Shown here piece after piece: positions 18,179 through 26,941 of a stretch of DNA of 64,000 bases. The stretch is from a virus (Duplodnaviria > Caudoviricetes): IMG/VR virus record IMGVR_UViG_3300020045_003522, positions 4,362-68,361 of that record. The stretch is one strand, 5' to 3'. Both the position numbers and the translations under genes were made by a program. Within the stretch, counting starts at the first letter, position 1. Every line of letters begins with the position of its first letter. Below the pieces are notes generated by a model. That model was not told the DNA's origin, did not search any database, and worked only from the letters and a program-made list of their open reading frames with translations.

Positions 18179-18943
18179 TTAAAATTCGTTTAAGTTTAAT
18201 TTATACTCACCAACCGAGTGCAGACCGTCTTCGTTGTTCGGTTTGAGCGGATTAACATCCGGCTTTAGCGAAGCGATTGAAATATGTCTTTTAATCAGTT
18301 GTCGTAATTCTAATTGTCTTGACCGTGGTAATGACTTAATAAAGTCCTCTGTATCATCGATCAGATTTTCTTTTTCTTGGATGACTTGTTCCGGTGAACG
18401 CATCGCATAAGTTTCTGCATTGCTGCCAAACGTTACTACCGAACCTTCCATTAGTTCAATCTCGTAAAGCAAAACAGCGTCTGCGTTTTCATCGTATTCA
18501 ACCTTGTCCCAGATGTAGTTAAATCCTACAGAGAATTGATTTAGCGTACCAGAACGAATTTGCTTTAACTCCCTTTCACCGATCGGGATGTCATCCAAAG
18601 CAGCCTCGAAATAAAGCCCGTAATCATCCTCTTTAAGTACAGTGAATTGCCCCGTTGGGTTATCGGTTTCATGTTGCCATAAGTGAGCAATCTTTTGCTT
18701 TGCATCAGACTTTGGCCCGCGATCTTTAATAGAACGTGAACAACATCCTTTTACAAAAATGGTATCGTATGTATCCTTAACACCCCAAACAATCAGGTAA
18801 CCTTTAACGGTTCGGTCAGCTTCAACAACATCAACCTTCAAATCAACTATCTGTAGGTTGCCGTCTTTGTCAACATACGATCCGCTCATTGTCACGGGTG
18901 CGGAACGTAGTTTTAAGTCTTGTATTTTTTGATGTGTTTTCAT
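18179..18943 (-). CDS. HK97-family prohead protease (module A)
   Basis: LWQH (His), QFSVGF (Ser), LMEGSVVTFGSN; lies between portal and capsid. Confidence 0.9.
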   Translation of the reverse strand: MKTHQKIQDLKLRSAPVTMSGSYVDKDGNLQIVDLKVDVVEADRTVKGYLIVWGVKDTYDTIFVKGCCSRSIKDRGPKSDAKQKIAHLWQHETDNPTGQFTVLKEDDYGLYFEAALDDIPIGERELKQIRSGTLNQFSVGFNYIWDKVEYDENADAVLLYEIELMEGSVVTFGSNAETYAMRSPEQVIQEKENLIDDTEDFIKSLPRSRQLELRQLIKRHISIASLKPDVNPLKPNNEDGLHSVGEYKLNLNEF

Positions 18944-20415
18944 GGCAATACTGGTTTACTTACCAATTTACTAGCGTCTTCAGGGTTCATTCCAAACAAT
19001 ATAACGAGACCATTTTTCTTACCTTCTTCATCTAATGCAGGATTTGCCAGCAGGTCAATAAGTGATTGCGTCCCCCCAACTCCAAGCTTAACAGCCAAAG
19101 GATCAGTGCCAGCGCCAGCCTTATAAGTGTCACCATCTGGCACAGTGTCGTAACCTCTTGCGGTTAACCATTGATTTTTAGTAATCAGGTTATTTGAATA
19201 CTCTAATGAAAGGGCTTGGTCCAAAGTATTGGCCGCCTCTGCTTGCATTTTTGCATCTTCCTGAAGCGCAGCGATATGCAAGAAATTACCTACAATCTTT
19301 GCGTTGTTTTCTGCTGCTTTAAAGAACTTGTTATACTTGTTTAAGTCTTTAGTATTGTTTGGTATAACGTTGTTTTGGTATACCGCTTTTGCCGCTGTGT
19401 TACTGTTTGCGAATGTTGCGTCTATTTCCTCATAAAGAACATAAGGAAACCCATAACGATGGCAAATAGCTTTTTCGCCCGCTGTCACTGTTGGAATGAT
19501 TCCCAATTGATTTACATCGTAAGACATTGGATTCCATCGCGCTGGCGTGCGAGAAATTACGTATTGATATTGCGCAAGGGTTAATCCGTATTGTTGCAAC
19601 GATGCCTGAAGCTCTTCCTTTTCTTTTGTCGTCATTGGCAATACGCCCCCAACATCTGATTTGCTTTCGTGACTTATAAAGCCTAATGGGCCGCGCTTAG
19701 TAAGCAAAACATTGTTGGCCTCCATTGCCCGGCAAATGTTAGATACTGCCATGTCCAGACCAACCAAACGAGACTGAGGTAACAGAAAATCGGTTTCCTC
19801 ATCCTGCATGAATGAGTCTTCAAGTATAATAACTTGGTCAGATGTGAATTTAAAATCTTTACCTAAAATACACACCTTCCACTCTTTGACTATTTCGCCT
19901 GTGGTCTTTGTGAATATTATTTGATTTGTGCTTTCTCCTTCAAATAACCATGGGGGCAAATTTATCATTGAGGTGGCATAATCAGGGGGCATGCCGCTAG
20001 GTACAAATGGAAGTACCGGGCAGAACCCGAATACCTTTTTATAAATCATTTGCTGTCCCCTGAACTGTTCCCATGATTGCATAGGGTTAGGTTGTAGTAA
20101 TAATTTATTCATCCTCACAGCCCATTCAGAGGTAGCAAAATTTTCCTTGCCTTTTCCTGTAGACCTTAGAATCTCAACCGTACCAGTAATGTCGTATTCA
20201 GCCAATCTATCAACCACTGAAGCGACAGGGTAGCAATAATCATAAGCATACTTTTGCATTTGCTTAGACTTCAAACCCAGCCACGTGGCCTGATCGCCTT
20301 TTATTTGAACAGTACCATGGTTTGAATCTGTGGGGATAAAATCTATTCCTGAAGGGTTCCTGTATAGGTTTACGCCTGCTATAGTGCCAAAAAGATTTGA
20401 GATATAACCACTCAT
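18940..20415 (-). CDS. Portal protein (module A)
   Basis: LLQPNPMQSWEQF and KAICHRYGFP motifs; downstream of terL. Confidence 0.9.
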   Translation of the reverse strand: MSGYISNLFGTIAGVNLYRNPSGIDFIPTDSNHGTVQIKGDQATWLGLKSKQMQKYAYDYCYPVASVVDRLAEYDITGTVEILRSTGKGKENFATSEWAVRMNKLLLQPNPMQSWEQFRGQQMIYKKVFGFCPVLPFVPSGMPPDYATSMINLPPWLFEGESTNQIIFTKTTGEIVKEWKVCILGKDFKFTSDQVIILEDSFMQDEETDFLLPQSRLVGLDMAVSNICRAMEANNVLLTKRGPLGFISHESKSDVGGVLPMTTKEKEELQASLQQYGLTLAQYQYVISRTPARWNPMSYDVNQLGIIPTVTAGEKAICHRYGFPYVLYEEIDATFANSNTAAKAVYQNNVIPNNTKDLNKYNKFFKAAENNAKIVGNFLHIAALQEDAKMQAEAANTLDQALSLEYSNNLITKNQWLTARGYDTVPDGDTYKAGAGTDPLAVKLGVGGTQSLIDLLANPALDEEGKKNGLVILFGMNPEDASKLVSKPVLP

Positions 20416-20522
20416 AACTCAGGTGGTTTAGGCTTATAGTAGGTTTTAATTGCGGCAATAACAGCCCACTCGATAACACGGGCGGCCAGGATAGCGGAAA
20501 GGACAGAAAAGAATATCTGCAT
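20412..20522 (-). CDS. 36-aa single-TM micro-protein upstream of the portal
   Basis: Hand-translated MQIFFSVLSAILAARVIEWAVIAAIKTYYKPKPPEL; ATGA overlap with the portal; conserved at 61795..61941. Confidence 0.7.
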   Translation of the reverse strand: MQIFFSVLSAILAARVIEWAVIAAIKTYYKPKPPEL

Positions 20523-20591
20523 TAATTCCTATTTTGGTATAAAAATATACCAACAAAAGAAACTATCCTAATTTGGGAAAGATTTATTTAT

Positions 20592-21773
20592 TTAAGACGG
20601 TGATCTATAGAAGTGGGTTGAAATACCATACCTGATTTCATCCATGTGGTGGTTATCAACATCGCTCGGCACGTTTATGAACTTACCGGTTATCGGATCT
20701 TTCATCCACATATACTTTTTTCGCTCATAGTCGATGTTTTTAGAGCTTTCGGTATAGAATATGTTATACTCGTTAACTTTAGATATGCCAGGCGATATGC
20801 TATTCGGTCCCTTTCTTGCGGGTAGTGCCAACATTTCCAACCTTCGCAGCTCTCTTATCATATCACCGTCATGCTCACAGTATATTGGATCATCTGGCCC
20901 GAACCCTTCTTTTGAATAAAGTCCGTGTATCTGCCTGGCGGTTAACCCTGGGCTGTAACATAACTCATGAATGTAAATATTCTCGCCTATCCGGCACATC
21001 CTGGAACCTGCCGTTGGGTCATTTGTATACCCAAAGTCTAATGCCCCGAACTTTGGTTCGTTCCATGGAAAGTCTTTATCAGGTATCATTCGCCAATTAG
21101 GGTAAATAATCCCAGAAAGATTACCGGTTAACCCACGGGCGTACACACGCCAAAGTTCCTTATCCTGTATGTTCTCGGTTTTGTCGTGGTCTTTCTGATC
21201 AAGGAAAGGGTTATGCCTATGGTCCGAAATAATTAACTGAACGGCAGCGTTTAGATCATTGATTTTTGGAGTGGTCCCTATAAGTTTCTCATGTGCCCAG
21301 AACGGTGCTGATGGGTTATAATCAACGAACGTCCTTATACGGGTACGTTTTGCCATCTGCCAGAATATAGGCCACGCAACCCCGTTCGCTTCATTAACGA
21401 ATAAGTATTGCCGCTTACCTTGCTTCGCGTTCTGTTCATCGGTAGCCCCGACAAACTCCATTATCCAGCCGGTTTTAAAGGTGATGGTCCGGTCGGTAAC
21501 GTTCCAATTCTTTATCTGTGATTCAGCGTAAGGACTTGAATTGATGATTGTTTGAAAAGTCCGATATGCTCCCTTTTTAGAGTTGGGGACACTTTCGGAT
21601 AGTATTGTTATGATTGGATCTGATTCGGGAGCCTTGCCAGTTGCGGCAATCATGACCAAGAGCTGAATGATGCTGTAGGTTTTTCCGCTATCAGTCCCGC
21701 CCTGATTTATTACTATGTCAGCAGTAGATTGCTGATTCTTATGGAATACCGGTCCGCAACCTTTGGCAAACAT
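20592..21773 (-). CDS. terL: Terminase large subunit (PBSX/Terminase_3-like), module A
   Basis: Walker A NQGGTDSGKT, Walker B LFVNEAN, nuclease LDFGYTNDPTA and HHMDEIRY. Confidence 0.92.
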   Translation of the reverse strand: MFAKGCGPVFHKNQQSTADIVINQGGTDSGKTYSIIQLLVMIAATGKAPESDPIITILSESVPNSKKGAYRTFQTIINSSPYAESQIKNWNVTDRTITFKTGWIMEFVGATDEQNAKQGKRQYLFVNEANGVAWPIFWQMAKRTRIRTFVDYNPSAPFWAHEKLIGTTPKINDLNAAVQLIISDHRHNPFLDQKDHDKTENIQDKELWRVYARGLTGNLSGIIYPNWRMIPDKDFPWNEPKFGALDFGYTNDPTAGSRMCRIGENIYIHELCYSPGLTARQIHGLYSKEGFGPDDPIYCEHDGDMIRELRRLEMLALPARKGPNSISPGISKVNEYNIFYTESSKNIDYERKKYMWMKDPITGKFINVPSDVDNHHMDEIRYGISTHFYRSPS

Positions 21774-21836
21774 TATTTGGTTATGGCTTTATCTGATCTG
21801 TGTACGATTCGCATTTTTGAACCTTTAAACCAAATT

Positions 21837-22394
21837 TTATTTTACTTCATCCTCACTATCAGATAGCGGAGGTGCGTTATTGTACACATTTATAGGTGGA
21901 GGGCTTTGTATCTTCTCACCACCTGATGTGTGGTCGATCTCTGTCTTGTCTGACCATCCCATATTTTTTAAAGCGAAGATAGCACCTACTGTTCCGGTCT
22001 TTGTTCCCATCATATTCTCATACAAATTCTCGATTTTAGACCTTGCCGCTTTTATAGCGTACCCAAACCCTTCTTTCTTTTCGTACTTATAAAACGCGTC
22101 ACGGCTCATAAATCCAAGAAAAAGAGTTAATCCTGTAATTGTAGGGCGGTTTTCGTAAACTTCAATTCCTCTTGCTTTGCGCTGTTCTTTGGTGGCATCC
22201 TCCTCGAATAGAGAAAAATATTCCTTAACCATGTTTTCAAGGTCTTCAACTTTGGTAAAGAAGGGCGGCCTTCCTCCATTGTCTGCATGATCCTTAGTCT
22301 CCACGAACTTATTCCCCTCCGATAGATTCGGGTTAACCTGTTCCGGACCTTTGAAGGCTTCTTTTATAGTCTCTATGGTTTCCTTATTCTCCAT
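21837..22394 (-). CDS. terS: Terminase small subunit (P22 gp3-like), module A
   Basis: GRPP..EDLE..EYF..PTITGLTLFLG..AIFALKNMGWSDK pattern; upstream of terL. Confidence 0.85.
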   Translation of the reverse strand: MENKETIETIKEAFKGPEQVNPNLSEGNKFVETKDHADNGGRPPFFTKVEDLENMVKEYFSLFEEDATKEQRKARGIEVYENRPTITGLTLFLGFMSRDAFYKYEKKEGFGYAIKAARSKIENLYENMMGTKTGTVGAIFALKNMGWSDKTEIDHTSGGEKIQSPPPINVYNNAPPLSDSEDEVK

Positions 22395-22668
22395 AACTCA
22401 TTGATTTACAGAGTTTTTTGAACTGTTTATTAGCCTCTTCAAGATGGAAAGCTAGTTTCTGTGGGGCTTGCATTGCCTCTTTCGTAAGGATGTCGGAAGC
22501 TTTTATTTTATGGGATTTCCGGCCCCATATCAAATAACCTACTCCCAGCCCTGAAAGTAACGAGCTACCGAATAGTATTGAAAACATTACCGCGTTATTA
22601 TCCATTATTAAATCATTACTATGTTCATGCCTTGTCTTTTGAATGGGTATACCGCACCACGCAAGCAA
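22384..22668 (-). CDS. Small membrane protein
   Basis: One TM; start probably MDNN; stop overlaps the terS start. Confidence 0.5.
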   Translation of the reverse strand: MLAWCGIPIQKTRHEHSNDLIMDNNAVMFSILFGSSLLSGLGVGYLIWGRKSHKIKASDILTKEAMQAPQKLAFHLEEANKQFKKLCKSMSYGE

Positions 22669-22826
22669 TTTGAATCGCCTATAATAGTGACTGAACCTAT
22701 TTTTATTTGTCCTAGTTCGTTTTTTGGGTAATCAAGTGATCGGTAGTCAATAGGATTAACTAAAATAAAATCAGGCTCTTTTGCTTGAATCTTTGCCAAT
22801 ACCTGTATAAGAATTCTATTCTCCAT
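22608..22826 (-). CDS. Hypothetical protein
   Basis: ORF in a tightly packed operon. Confidence 0.5.
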   Translation of the reverse strand: MENRILIQVLAKIQAKEPDFILVNPIDYRSLDYPKNELGQIKIGSVTIIGDSNCLRGAVYPFKRQGMNIVMI

Positions 22827-23082
22827 TCCAGATCTCTTTTAAAAGTTGAAATAGGCCACGTTTTGGCTTGATTAGCGATAGTGAGCCTTTATAGTTACCG
22901 ATCATGCACATGTCGTTTTTGATCATTTCTACCGCCCTGTGCGCCTCTTTAATCTGCCTGTCAAGTTCTTGCGCCTCATACATTAATCCGGTTTCAAAAA
23001 TTATTTTACCGCTTCGCATCAACTCTCGACGGATGGCTGAAAGTCTTTCCATCTTGGCTATTGTTTCTTCTGATGGTTTCAT
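22816..23082 (-). CDS. Hypothetical protein
   Basis: C-terminus LLKEIWNGE matches the partial ORF at 63910..64000 (LLKDIWNGE). Confidence 0.6.
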   Translation of the reverse strand: MKPSEETIAKMERLSAIRRELMRSGKIIFETGLMYEAQELDRQIKEAHRAVEMIKNDMCMIGNYKGSLSLIKPKRGLFQLLKEIWNGE

Positions 23083-23336
23083 AAACGTGTCTGTAGGTCT
23101 GGTTGAGTAACTTTAACACCTTCTGTTTTTTCACCTTTGTATTCCTTCCAAGCGTTTACAAGGTCGTCAAATTGATCTTCATTATTAGGGTGATCCGTCC
23201 AAAACTCTGTTTTATCTTGAACTAATTGGAATTGAACGTAAAATGTCATTCCTATTAAAGGATCAATACTTACGATCTTACTCAGATCAACATAAGAACC
23301 CCACTTTGTTAGATAAATGCTATCCATTATGCCCAA
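23079..23336 (-). CDS. Hypothetical protein
   Basis: ORF in operon with overlapping stop/start. Confidence 0.5.
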   Translation of the reverse strand: MGIMDSIYLTKWGSYVDLSKIVSIDPLIGMTFYVQFQLVQDKTEFWTDHPNNEDQFDDLVNAWKEYKGEKTEGVKVTQPDLQTRL

Positions 23337-23482
23337 TATTCGTTAATTACTTGATTGGTGTTTAACCCAAGATCGTGCAAAACCTTTCTGATTCTAAGCC
23401 TGTAATGCTTATCCATTGATACGTAAATCAATCCAACTGTATTTCGTGGAGGTGCCGCACATTGTGGTTCCATATCGCGAAT

Positions 23483-23722
23483 TTAATTAAAAATAACTCC
23501 GAAAACAATGTCTCCAAGCTTATATCCAACCCACGACCAGAATCCAAGCCAAACGATTAATCCTATGACAAAGCACACCTTTTGTTCAAGCGTCATTTTT
23601 CGTTCAATCCGCTTAAACCCGCTCCTAAACTTTACCTTCATTTCTTCCGGTATCTGGTTTATCGTTAAAAGATATTCCAGATAATCTTCGGGTGTTTTTA
23701 CTTCGTCTGGGAGTAGGCTCAT
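23483..23722 (-). CDS. Small membrane protein
   Basis: C-terminal TM. Confidence 0.5.
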   Translation of the reverse strand: MSLLPDEVKTPEDYLEYLLTINQIPEEMKVKFRSGFKRIERKMTLEQKVCFVIGLIVWLGFWSWVGYKLGDIVFGVIFN

Positions 23723-23934
23723 TCTTCAGGCTTTAATCCGTGTCCAATTCTCACTACGTTCTGCATGATCTTTTTAAAATGATCGAGTTTATCATTTTGG
23801 TCAGCGGCATACCAAATAAAATTACCAATGTCCAAAAGTCCTAATCCTATTGCCAATCCATATCCAGCGTAGTGCCAAATTATGGCCCATGAGATAACTT
23901 TTAATACTGTTGATATTGTGAGCCCGTTTTTCAT
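23719..23934 (-). CDS. Small membrane protein
   Basis: Hydrophobic N-terminal half. Confidence 0.5.
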   Translation of the reverse strand: MKNGLTISTVLKVISWAIIWHYAGYGLAIGLGLLDIGNFIWYAADQNDKLDHFKKIMQNVVRIGHGLKPEE

Positions 23935-23937
23935 TCG

Positions 23938-24219
23938 CTAAATAGTTATCTTTTTAATCTTATCCCCTTCAATTAAAAAAGCTTTGTTCTTTCTGATAAA
24001 CATGGTAGCCGGTTTAAAATACGTCTTTTCGCCTTGAATTACGTAGACATTGTAATACCAAAGTTTGCCTTTTCTAATGGCTGCCAGGGTCTTAAGTTTA
24101 GAAACGGCTTCCGCGTGATTTCTGGCTTCCATCCACATAACTCCTTTTTTGAAGTTTATTGTTTGGGCTGATGCCGTGAACGAAATCAGGGCCAGAATGA
24201 TGTAAATTAGTTTTTTCAT
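23938..24219 (-). CDS. Small exported protein
   Basis: Start moved to MKKLIYIILALISFTASA/Q at 24219. Confidence 0.55.
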   Translation of the reverse strand: MKKLIYIILALISFTASAQTINFKKGVMWMEARNHAEAVSKLKTLAAIRKGKLWYYNVYVIQGEKTYFKPATMFIRKNKAFLIEGDKIKKITI

Positions 24220-24296
24220 ATTGCTTCTCGTTTTCTGCTTCATGGGTCAAAAATTCAATATATTATTCTGTTTTGTTGGCTTCACGCGGTTGATGA

Positions 24297-24680
24297 CTAC
24301 CATTTTATTCTGTCAATCATTCTAAAAGCTTCGTCGGAAATCAGATATCCTTCTTCGTTTTCGGTCACTACATCATTGTGAACCACTTGCAAAATGCCTT
24401 TGAAGTGCTTGTTCTCTTTCCTCAACTCAGAGATCAGTGTAGCATTATTGTCGTTTATTTCGCTGAGTCTTGAAATTAACTCGTAAGCTGTTTTTCTATC
24501 GGCTTCAATCTCCTTTAATCGATCACGAAACTGGCTTGAGTGCATTTCGGCTGCTTCCGTAAGTTTATCCATCCTATAATTACAACCGGTGTTTTCGGTT
24601 AAGGATACCCAATCGATATGATTGTACCTTTTTGCTATCTCATCTTTGCAAGCTTCTAGTGTTAAGTATGGTTCATTCAT
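24297..24680 (-). CDS. Hypothetical coiled-coil protein
   Basis: ORF in operon. Confidence 0.5.
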   Translation of the reverse strand: MNEPYLTLEACKDEIAKRYNHIDWVSLTENTGCNYRMDKLTEAAEMHSSQFRDRLKEIEADRKTAYELISRLSEINDNNATLISELRKENKHFKGILQVVHNDVVTENEEGYLISDEAFRMIDRIKW

Positions 24681-24682
24681 GG

Positions 24683-24955
24683 CTAATTGATTTGAATTTG
24701 GATTGGTTTCTTTAGAGTATGTCCCGATATTTCTTCAAACTTATCGATAGCGTCTGGATGTATATGAACTTTTAAATGCGCTCGATTGCAACTGTTTTGT
24801 TTACGAGTATATTCATGCGCATCCATTGACCAAATAGTAGTGAATGAAGCTTGCGTAATTATTGCTGCATACATTAAATTGGCCATTTTAGCCGTTGACA
24901 TACTGAATTCACAATCCATGTAAACAAAATCCTCTTTTTTGTAAAAAGTCTTCAT
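24683..24955 (-). CDS. Hypothetical protein
   Basis: ORF in operon. Confidence 0.5.
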   Translation of the reverse strand: MKTFYKKEDFVYMDCEFSMSTAKMANLMYAAIITQASFTTIWSMDAHEYTRKQNSCNRAHLKVHIHPDAIDKFEEISGHTLKKPIQIQIN

Positions 24956-24961
24956 TGCTTG

Positions 24962-25357
24962 TTAGATTTGGTTTTGACCGTTTCTTGATACACTAATGCC
25001 TTTTTCAATTGCTTCTTTGCTGTGTTCCGTGTAATAAATATGATGGTTCCTACAAACAGCCATGAAGAAATTCGTATCCAGTAGTCTTTCACCTTCTTTT
25101 CCACGTTGATGATGGACATCCTGACTTCTTTGGTCACAGTCTTCAACCTCGCACATCGGATACAGGGCTAGGTATTCGTTCCGTAGCTTCATGTATTCAG
25201 CGTTCTGGACAGCCCTCTTTTCAGATACCTTGTTAACCGGTTTAACTACCTTTGGCTTTGCCCTGTCCGCTTTTCTTCTAGCGTGGTTACAAGTAGCACA
25301 AAGCATTAGTTCTTTGTTCTCAACCCTGTCAGATCCACATTCAACGCATTCAAGCAT
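24962..25357 (-). CDS. Zn-binding HNH-like nuclease
   Basis: CVEC..CATC; CEVEDC..DVHH..VCRNHH motif. Confidence 0.6.
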   Translation of the reverse strand: MLECVECGSDRVENKELMLCATCNHARRKADRAKPKVVKPVNKVSEKRAVQNAEYMKLRNEYLALYPMCEVEDCDQRSQDVHHQRGKEGERLLDTNFFMAVCRNHHIYYTEHSKEAIEKGISVSRNGQNQI

Positions 25358-25386
25358 CGCTATTTTGTTTGTCTTTTATCATAGAA

Positions 25387-25593
25387 TCAAATTTTCAAAA
25401 ACTCATCGAATGATTGACCTGGCACATACTCAACATCAGTTCTGTACCCTTTGCAGTGGTCAACGGCCATTTGCGCGTATTTTTCCATTAATTCGTTTAG
25501 GATTATTTCTCTTCCGTCATCAAATTTTATAATGAACTCAGTCGCGTTTCCTTGTATTACGCTTTGTTTCCTTAAAAATTTAGTTGCGTTCAT
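25387..25593 (-). CDS. Hypothetical protein
   Basis: ORF in operon. Confidence 0.5.
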   Translation of the reverse strand: MNATKFLRKQSVIQGNATEFIIKFDDGREIILNELMEKYAQMAVDHCKGYRTDVEYVPGQSFDEFLKI

Positions 25594-25602
25594 ACTATCA
25601 GT

Positions 25603-25956
25603 TTAATTTGTTACCGGCTTACAAACGAAGTCAATCACCTTAACCGCGAACGGCTTTAAAAATTTGATGGTTACCGGCAAGGCGTGGAACACAAACCAAA
25701 CCAAGATCATGACAGTTGCCAATCCTATACAAGCCCAGCAAACGTAAAATAAAGGCCTGTAAACCAACGAAAGCCAAAGCGACACGGTAGCCAGGATTAA
25801 CCAAGTTAACGCGCCACCGAGCAAAAGAGGCGTGCTTAGTAGCCCTTGAAATAGTTTGTTGTCAGCCTCATAAGCTTCCTGTATCTCATTGAGGGTAAAA
25901 TGTTCTCGGGTTGGTTTCATATATTCGGGGTCATAAGGGTTTTCGAGGTAGTTCAT
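25603..25956 (-). CDS. Membrane protein
   Basis: Two long hydrophobic segments. Confidence 0.55.
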   Translation of the reverse strand: MNYLENPYDPEYMKPTREHFTLNEIQEAYEADNKLFQGLLSTPLLLGGALTWLILATVSLWLSLVYRPLFYVCWACIGLATVMILVWFVFHALPVTIKFLKPFAVKVIDFVCKPVTN

Positions 25957-25983
25957 CTTAGTTATCTTTAGAGGTTGAAAAAT

Positions 25984-26142
25984 TCATTTCTTTTTAAGAT
26001 TTTTACCCACAACCATGCGATCAGTTTCGCCTTTTAAAAGCATCTCCACATAGTTGTTAAATGGTCGTTTTACTAGAATAGCTTCTTCTTTGAGTTCTTC
26101 TATTAGTTCCGGGTCAAACTTGAATGTCTGTAGTTTTTTCAT
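25984..26142 (-). CDS. 52-aa ribbon-helix-helix (Arc/MetJ-like) DNA-binding protein
   Basis: Hand-translated MKKLQTFKFDPELIEELKEEAILVKRPFNNYVEMLLKGETDRMVVGKNLKKK; beta-strand plus helix-helix pattern; ATGA overlap with the upstream gene. Confidence 0.7.
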   Translation of the reverse strand: MKKLQTFKFDPELIEELKEEAILVKRPFNNYVEMLLKGETDRMVVGKNLKKK

Positions 26143-26411
26143 GGGTGGAAAGATTCAGCATATTTTTGCCCTTCGTCATTTGCCGCGAGTACTGCGTTGT
26201 ATCGCACTCTGGCCTGCTCCGAGTTGGCAGCAACAACGGTTTCAACTTCTGATAACCCACGCACCGCACGGAAGTCTAAAGACACAACGATTATGCCTTG
26301 CCAATCGCGACCAACCAGATACGCTTTATCTTCGCGTGTTGATGCGAAAGAATCATCGCGGTAAGCTGCCTTTATTTCCTTGTAAGTGTCCATAATCGAT
26401 TGGCGTTTCAT
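26139..26411 (-). CDS. 90-aa hypothetical protein coupled to the RHH gene
   Basis: Own promoter-like element upstream; stop overlaps the RHH start. Confidence 0.55.
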   Translation of the reverse strand: MKRQSIMDTYKEIKAAYRDDSFASTREDKAYLVGRDWQGIIVVSLDFRAVRGLSEVETVVAANSEQARVRYNAVLAANDEGQKYAESFHP

Positions 26412-26430
26412 ATTGCTGTTCGTTTAATTA

Positions 26431-26466
26431 CAATACATAGGTACAACTTAGATACATCCATGTCAA
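26431..26466 (-). promoter_or_regulatory. Putative early promoter TTG-N24-TATGTATTG
   Basis: Same ACCTATGYATTGT core and 24-nt spacing as 34318..34354 on the plus strand. Confidence 0.5.
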
Positions 26467-26474
26467 GTCTTTTC

Positions 26475-26705
26475 TTATTTATTTTCCTCCCCCTTAGATT
26501 CTGGCTTAAAATCGATGGTTGCGGTGTTGAGACGGTGCCACTTTCGGGATGAGTAATCGAATAAAGCTTCTAATATCTCATCGTTACTCAGTTCAATAGC
26601 GATTTGTTTTACCTCTTCGAAGCGTCTTTTTACCTCAGGATGAGCAAACGGCTTTCTGACAATATCGGCAGATCCAAAGTCTATAAGTTTTTGGCTGTTT
26701 GACAT
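26475..26705 (-). CDS. Hypothetical protein
   Basis: ORF in operon. Confidence 0.45.
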   Translation of the reverse strand: MSNSQKLIDFGSADIVRKPFAHPEVKRRFEEVKQIAIELSNDEILEALFDYSSRKWHRLNTATIDFKPESKGEENK

Positions 26706-26732
26706 AGCTATGTGTACAGTTTATAGGGTTCA

Positions 26733-26930
26733 TTAGCTTAAACTTTGATCCACTTTAGTGAGGTTATAAACTTTCGACATCTTATCCAGGCTATCCCGGA
26801 AATACTGCTTGCCTTTCTCGGTCATTGAATCAGTCTCCCAGAAAACAGCCGTGCGCCAAAATGCGTAACCTTTCAAATAGGGGTGGCGCTGCTCGCTGCC
26901 TACCGTTAAACTTCTTTTCTTGTTGGACAT
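26733..26930 (-). CDS. Hypothetical protein
   Basis: ORF in operon. Confidence 0.45.
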   Translation of the reverse strand: MSNKKRSLTVGSEQRHPYLKGYAFWRTAVFWETDSMTEKGKQYFRDSLDKMSKVYNLTKVDQSLS

Positions 26931-26941
26931 AGTGTTTTTAT

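Noticed and set aside
6257-21100. Numerous plus-strand ORFs (e.g. 6257..6694, 10711..11190, 15319..15795, 20816..21100, and 52535..52870 in module B)
   Set aside because: Antisense to well-supported structural genes, with no motifs; expected shadows.
24952-25146. 64-aa ORF
   Set aside because: Out-of-frame within the HNH-like gene; the next gene already starts 6 nt after the HNH stop.
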